Positions 15,594 to 20,000 of a stretch of 20,000 nt of DNA are shown piece after piece. Source of the stretch: an uncultured virus (IMG/VR IMGVR_UViG_3300034062_003925) (Duplodnaviria; Heunggongvirae; Uroviricota; Caudoviricetes); the IMG/VR virus record IMGVR_UViG_3300034062_003925, positions 54,967 to 74,966 of that record; one strand, 5' to 3'. Below the pieces are notes generated by a model, which worked only from the letters and a program-made list of their open reading frames with translations, had not been told where the DNA came from and searched no databases. A program made the translations under genes and the position numbers. How positions within the stretch are numbered: the first letter of the stretch is position 1; every line of letters begins with the position of its first letter.

Positions 15594-15854
15594 ATGGAGC
15601 AGTTCACTAAATACTATAGGGGTAAACCAATTTACTTTAATATTCCATCTGAGGGTGGGATAAAATTGTCGTTTAATATAATTGAAGTTGGTAATTTTAA
15701 TGGGGATATTAAAGAGATTACTTTGTCTTTAACTAATCCTGAGGAGTATAAAATGTTTACTGAAAAAATTATCCGACATTACATTAATAAAGAAATAAAA
15801 AACATTATGAAATTGTTTTCGATATATGATGATTTTATGATTAATTTTTCTTAA
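15594..15854 (+). CDS. Hypothetical protein
   Basis: 86-aa ORF. Confidence 0.65.
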   Translation: MEQFTKYYRGKPIYFNIPSEGGIKLSFNIIEVGNFNGDIKEITLSLTNPEEYKMFTEKIIRHYINKEIKNIMKLFSIYDDFMINFS

Positions 15855-15883
15855 TTGTTAGGTATTTATTGTTAAACATTATT

Positions 15884-16324
15884 ATGAACCAAGATTTTAA
15901 AGATAGACTATTTGAAGAAGTGACCAAACGAGGTTTACTAATCGAACAAAAAACAAACACTAAAGATTTTATTGAGATGGTGTCGTTATTGTTTCATTCA
16001 AGAACTCAAGCACATACTTTACATTTACAAACTAAATCATTCGCTGAACACAGTGCATTGGGTGGATACTATGACGAGATTGGAGATATTGTTGACGGTT
16101 TAATTGAATCTTATCAAGGTAAGTATAGTATTATTAAAGGGTATAAAAAATATGACATTGAGGATTATAAAGACACCACAACAACGGTTAACTATTTTAA
16201 AGACTTATACAGTAAAGTTGAAGACTTAAGAGATTGTTGTAAAGATTCATACATCCAAAATGAAATCGACAATGTTTGTAAGTTACTTAATTCGACTTTA
16301 TATAAATTAAGATTCTTAAAGTAA
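15884..16324 (+). CDS. Ferritin-like / Dps-like four-helix bundle protein
   Basis: QAH..HLQT.SFAEHSAL..YYD.I....DGLIE.YQG and QN.ID....L....YKL.FL; ATG 15884 preferred to TTG 15869. Confidence 0.8.
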   Translation: MNQDFKDRLFEEVTKRGLLIEQKTNTKDFIEMVSLLFHSRTQAHTLHLQTKSFAEHSALGGYYDEIGDIVDGLIESYQGKYSIIKGYKKYDIEDYKDTTTTVNYFKDLYSKVEDLRDCCKDSYIQNEIDNVCKLLNSTLYKLRFLK

Positions 16325-16340
16325 AAATTAAAAAATAATC

Positions 16341-16372
16341 AAGACCCTCACTATTTTTAGTGGGGGTTTTTT
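16341..16372 (+). terminator. Intrinsic terminator
   Basis: ACCCTCACTA-TTTT-TAGTGGGGGT then T-run. Confidence 0.8.
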
Positions 16373-16426
16373 ATTATCTTTGTGTTTATGAATGAACTTT
16401 CTTTTTCATGTATATTTATATGTAAC

Positions 16427-17377
16427 ATGAAAAATTTAATTAAAAGAATATTAAGAGAACAATTGGAAGGTTCTGACGACAAACCATTATCTGAGAAAGA
16501 AATTAGATTGTTCAAATACCTTAACAAACATAAGGATGAAGTCAAAACTCAACCAAAATTACTTGAATTAATTAAGGTAATGATGCCAATGATTGGTAGA
16601 AGTCCTAACGACGCAAGATTCTACTATGAGGTTTATACCGCCAACTACAGACCAGAAGGTGATTACGAAAAATTAGATGGTAAGAACTTTGTTCATTATA
16701 GAGATTTCAAACAAAGAAGAACACCTAACAACAGTGCATATAATTACACGACAGGTAGAATCCCATTCAAAGGGTCTAATTTAGAAGGACATTGGGATGT
16801 TAACCCTAATAACCAATGGTATTATGTTGTTACATCATATAATTGGTATCCAATTTATTTATTTATAGAAGACCAATGGTATCGAGTAAGTAATAGTTAC
16901 TCATCATCAACAGGAAAACATTTATCAGGGTCAAACCCCAAAAGAAATTCTTATGATAGTAATATAAAAGATGAAGTTATTTCTGTAACACCTGATGAGA
17001 TAAAATCCATCATGAATGGTGAGAGTTTATCTAATGTTAAAACTAATAGAGTTAGTAACTTTAGTGATAAGTTTACTAAAGTGTTGAAAGGGACTAAAAA
17101 ACTATTAACTATAGGATGGGGAGATGATAAGAAGAAGGTTGACTATACTATTACAAACGCTAAAAAAGTTAGAGATAAGATAAAGTTTGAAATTACTATT
17201 AATAAAGCGGGAACTGTTGAGGGAACCAATAAAATGGTTGTTAATCCTGATGGGTATATTCACCCTAGTCCATTCTCTGAGGATTTAGAAAGAGGAATTA
17301 TAGAAAAAATTATTTCTGACAATAGAGACTATTTGTCAAAAGATAATACTATCTTTGTATTTCAACACCCACATTAA
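16427..17377 (+). CDS. Hypothetical protein with N-terminal LIKRILREQ motif
   Basis: Long ORF; ATG 16427 follows TATTTAT at 16413-16419. Confidence 0.85.
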   Translation: MKNLIKRILREQLEGSDDKPLSEKEIRLFKYLNKHKDEVKTQPKLLELIKVMMPMIGRSPNDARFYYEVYTANYRPEGDYEKLDGKNFVHYRDFKQRRTPNNSAYNYTTGRIPFKGSNLEGHWDVNPNNQWYYVVTSYNWYPIYLFIEDQWYRVSNSYSSSTGKHLSGSNPKRNSYDSNIKDEVISVTPDEIKSIMNGESLSNVKTNRVSNFSDKFTKVLKGTKKLLTIGWGDDKKKVDYTITNAKKVRDKIKFEITINKAGTVEGTNKMVVNPDGYIHPSPFSEDLERGIIEKIISDNRDYLSKDNTIFVFQHPH

Positions 17378-17379
17378 TT

Positions 17380-17910
17380 ATGTCCGATATAACACCAAAT
17401 AAAATTCCTGAAAAAGCGATATTAAGTTATGCTCAAATGGGTAATCCTATGTTTGAGTTTAAAATTGAACAACGTCATAATGATTTTTATTTAATGTTGG
17501 TGGTTGATTGTGAGAAGATGGATAAAAATAGTGGTAAGTTTGATAAAAAATATACAGAAGAATTGGTTAATGATTATAGACCAATCGAAAAGATAGAATA
17601 TATTGCTGAGGAAATTAAAAAGTTTTTCGATGTTAATCTTAGAGTTTCCTTCAATTTTAAAAATTACAAATACTTAGACCAAATTGAACACAAGATACAA
17701 AGAGCGATTAAACAAACTAGTCGTCCTGAAGTTAATGTGGTTATATCTGCGGAAGGGGACAATCCTGTTGTTAGATTTGGGTTATATGACCACAAAAATA
17801 CTTGGAAGGAAAAAGATAGGATAAAATTTGTTGACGAACTTCAGAAAGTTTTAGGTTCCGAAATAGATTTAGAATCTTATAGATGGTTTACCACTTCTGG
17901 TCAAAAATAA
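17380..17910 (+). CDS. Hypothetical protein
   Basis: 176-aa ORF starting 2 nt after the previous stop. Confidence 0.8.
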   Translation: MSDITPNKIPEKAILSYAQMGNPMFEFKIEQRHNDFYLMLVVDCEKMDKNSGKFDKKYTEELVNDYRPIEKIEYIAEEIKKFFDVNLRVSFNFKNYKYLDQIEHKIQRAIKQTSRPEVNVVISAEGDNPVVRFGLYDHKNTWKEKDRIKFVDELQKVLGSEIDLESYRWFTTSGQK

Positions 17911-17920
17911 TTAAAATAAA

Positions 17921-17952
17921 TTTGGGTAATCGTTAAAAGTTATATATCTTTG
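17921..17952 (+). promoter_or_regulatory. Bacteroidota sigma70-type promoter (-33/-7)
   Basis: TTTG 17921-17924, 20-nt gap, TATCTTTG 17945-17952. Confidence 0.75.
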
Positions 17953-17972
17953 TAAAACAAAAACAAAGACAT

Positions 17973-18713
17973 ATGACAACTACAGTAACAACTACATCAA
18001 AAATCAAGAATTATCAAGGAAATAACTCTTTCGTTCTTAAAATGAAGGACTCATTATCTAAATACGGTCGTTTGACTGAGAAACAATTGGCGGCAGTTGA
18101 GAAGGCCTTAATGACCAAGTCTGAAGTGAAGGTAGATGAATTACCTGAGGATATGAAGAGAATTGCTAACTACGTGGGAGAGAACTCTTTCGTATTGGAC
18201 ATCAAGAAAAAATTGTTGTCTTACGGAACTCTTACTTTCCCTCAGACATCTGCGGCGGTTAAACAAATCCAAAAAGAGGAAGACAAAGCGAACACTCGTA
18301 AGATGAATATCCCTACTATTGGTGAGACAATCAAAGTTGGACGTTCTATCGGACAACAGATGAAGGAACAATATGGTTTGAAATTCAATCCAATCCTTTT
18401 GGACATCACTAAAGTATTGGCAGTGTCTCCAAAGGCGGTTAAGTTCTCAGGTAAGATGACAGTAAAACGTGGTGATGTTTGTGTGTGTTGTGCTAAAACA
18501 TTGACTGATGAGTTCTCAATGTTAACTAAGATGGGTAAGACATGTGCTAAACACATGGGTGTTGAATACATCACTGACCTAAGTCAAGCAGAGCGTTTCC
18601 GAGAGGATTATTTGAAAAAGGTGGAAGAGATTGGGATTTTAGAATTTTGGGTTCCTAAATCACGTATCATCAAATGGGATGGAAAGACCGAAGTCATCTT
18701 GAAGATGATTTAA
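17973..18713 (+). CDS. Protein with duplicated N-terminal helical repeat and DUF6011-like zinc ribbon
   Basis: Two copies of NY.G.NSFVL..K..L..YG.LT..Q..A..K; CVCCAKTLTDEFS...MGKTCA matches C..C.R.LTD..S...G.GP.C. Confidence 0.8.
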   Translation: MTTTVTTTSKIKNYQGNNSFVLKMKDSLSKYGRLTEKQLAAVEKALMTKSEVKVDELPEDMKRIANYVGENSFVLDIKKKLLSYGTLTFPQTSAAVKQIQKEEDKANTRKMNIPTIGETIKVGRSIGQQMKEQYGLKFNPILLDITKVLAVSPKAVKFSGKMTVKRGDVCVCCAKTLTDEFSMLTKMGKTCAKHMGVEYITDLSQAERFREDYLKKVEEIGILEFWVPKSRIIKWDGKTEVILKMI

Positions 18714-18717
18714 TCTT

Positions 18718-18743
18718 AAGGGGAGAGATGACTCTCCCCTTTT
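18718..18743 (+). terminator. Intrinsic terminator
   Basis: AAGGGGAGAG-ATGA-CTCTCCCCTT then T-run. Confidence 0.85.
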
Positions 18744-18776
18744 ATTTAACTAACATCAAACCAAAATATATATATC

Positions 18777-18995
18777 ATGCAAACTTTAGTTTTTAACACA
18801 AAAGACAAGACAATTTCCTTAACATCTGGACACAGAGGGGCGTCAACAATTATGGAGAGAATGGACAACATAACGACTGTGAAATGTTCGGATAATGGTT
18901 TCTATGAGGTTATGCAAAAACCTAATGAGGACAGTAACGCTCTCCCTGTGATGAGATTGCCAATCGCAAATACGAATATGTTTATTGTTTCGTAA
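18777..18995 (+). CDS. Small hypothetical protein
   Basis: 72-aa ORF with A-rich leader. Confidence 0.75.
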   Translation: MQTLVFNTKDKTISLTSGHRGASTIMERMDNITTVKCSDNGFYEVMQKPNEDSNALPVMRLPIANTNMFIVS

Positions 18996-19026
18996 TTTGT
19001 TTTTAATTAAAAAATTATTATCTTTG
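18996..19026 (+). promoter_or_regulatory. Bacteroidota sigma70-type promoter (-33/-7)
   Basis: TTTG 18996-18999, 19-nt gap, TATCTTTG 19019-19026. Confidence 0.7.
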
Positions 19027-19030
19027 TAGT

Positions 19031-19555
19031 ATGAAATCAACAGAAGAAAAAATAAGATGGGTTATTACCCAACACAAAAATACTAATCACATGTATGCGG
19101 AATATCTTCCATATGAATATCATTTACGAATGGTTGTTGGGGTATTTGAGAGATTCAAACATTTGGTTGAAGAGATAAAACGAGAAGATGTTAAAATGGC
19201 TTGTTTTGGGCACGATTTAATCGAGGACACTCGTGTTACTTACAATGATGTTAAATCGGAGTTAGGTCATTACGTTGCCGATTTGGTTTACGCTTTAACT
19301 AATGAGAAAGGTAAAACTCGTAAAGAACGTGCAAATGATAAGTATTATGAAGGTATTAGGTCAGAAAAATACGGTATATTTGTTAAGATGTGTGACCGAA
19401 TCGCAAATGTTGAATACTCTAAGATGTCAGGTAGTCGTATGTTCGAGATGTATAAGAAAGAGAATGAGGATTTCATTAAAAGTTTAGACATTAAAGAATA
19501 TCACATGTGTTACTCAATGAAAGTATATTTAGATAAGGTTTTTGGGGTGAACTAA
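19031..19555 (+). CDS. Standalone HD-domain hydrolase, RelA/SpoT hydrolase-like (small alarmone hydrolase/Mesh1 type)
   Basis: PY.YHL..V, HDLIEDT, VA.LV.ALT, VK.CDRIAN motifs; 174 aa; no synthetase domain. Confidence 0.88.
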   Translation: MKSTEEKIRWVITQHKNTNHMYAEYLPYEYHLRMVVGVFERFKHLVEEIKREDVKMACFGHDLIEDTRVTYNDVKSELGHYVADLVYALTNEKGKTRKERANDKYYEGIRSEKYGIFVKMCDRIANVEYSKMSGSRMFEMYKKENEDFIKSLDIKEYHMCYSMKVYLDKVFGVN

Positions 19556-19580
19556 ACCTCAAAACCTTATATTTATGTAT

Positions 19581-20000
19581 ATGAGAATTAAAATTACTGA
19601 AGACCAATTAGATAAAGTAAAAGAACAAGAGTCTTATAAAAAGATGTTGTTTAAATATTGGGACAAAGTTGGTCCTGGATTAACTGATACAATGACAAAA
19701 TTATTTGGATTTCAGTATCATGGCGGACTTAAAAATCAAACAGGTATCAGAATGGTCGATGTCCAAAGATGGTTAACCGAATATCTTGGTGTAGATAAGG
19801 CTCAAGAAATCGCCATGGAGTTCTTCAATAAGAAAGAACATACCATAAACAAATGTGGTGGTTATGAATTTAATTTTACTATTGATAATGTTGAGGATGA
19901 TGGAGCACAATTTATTGTTACGGTAACGGTTGATGACATTAACGGCACGGTAATCTTACTTGAGGATGGAACTTTACATAAGTTGGAAGAGGCTAGAAAT
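19581..20000 (+). CDS. Hypothetical protein, partial (runs off right edge)
   Basis: Manual translation MRIKITEDQLDKVKEQESYKKMLFKYWDK..., open to the window end; TATTTAT at 19570-19576. Confidence 0.8.
   Translation, partial: MRIKITEDQLDKVKEQESYKKMLFKYWDKVGPGLTDTMTKLFGFQYHGGLKNQTGIRMVDVQRWLTEYLGVDKAQEIAMEFFNKKEHTINKCGGYEFNFTIDNVEDDGAQFIVTVTVDDINGTVILLEDGTLHKLEEARN

Noticed and set aside
1154..19487. Shadow ORFs in the track (1154-1513, 1903-2130, 6448-6651, 7425-7631, 7489-7686, 8219-8434, 10987-11301, 11385-11576, 14393-14611, 14660-14881, 16357-16545, 18141-18371, 18242-18574, 18843-19040, 19302-19487)
   Set aside because: They overlap longer, better-supported genes on the other strand or frame and show no recognisable motifs.

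Overview
AT-rich, gene-dense segment that reads as part of a large (jumbo-type) phage genome infecting a Bacteroidota host. The host inference rests on repeated TTTG-N19-20-TAnnTTTG promoters and a T9SS-cargo-like gene. Recognisable genes: type II glutamine synthetase, DUF3310, beta-class DNA methyltransferase, DHH phosphoesterase, DUF192, SmpB, ferritin/Dps-like protein and a standalone HD (p)ppGpp-hydrolase-like protein, plus many hypotheticals. The main unexplained system is two paralogous ~100-aa genes (8756-9070, 10168-10476) flanking smpB. Each runs directly into its own cas-less CRISPR-like mini-array of 36-nt hairpin repeats and 29-30-nt unique spacers, resembling type VI-B/Cas13b repeats. 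The first repeat is the protein's own C-terminal coding sequence, and the 66-nt period keeps the frame, with TAG stops at spacer-repeat junctions. A second oddity is three tRNA-like RNAs sharing the same acceptor stem and near-identical T arms, each with a different non-canonical insert where the anticodon arm should be. All functional calls come from motif recognition by eye; no searches were run.
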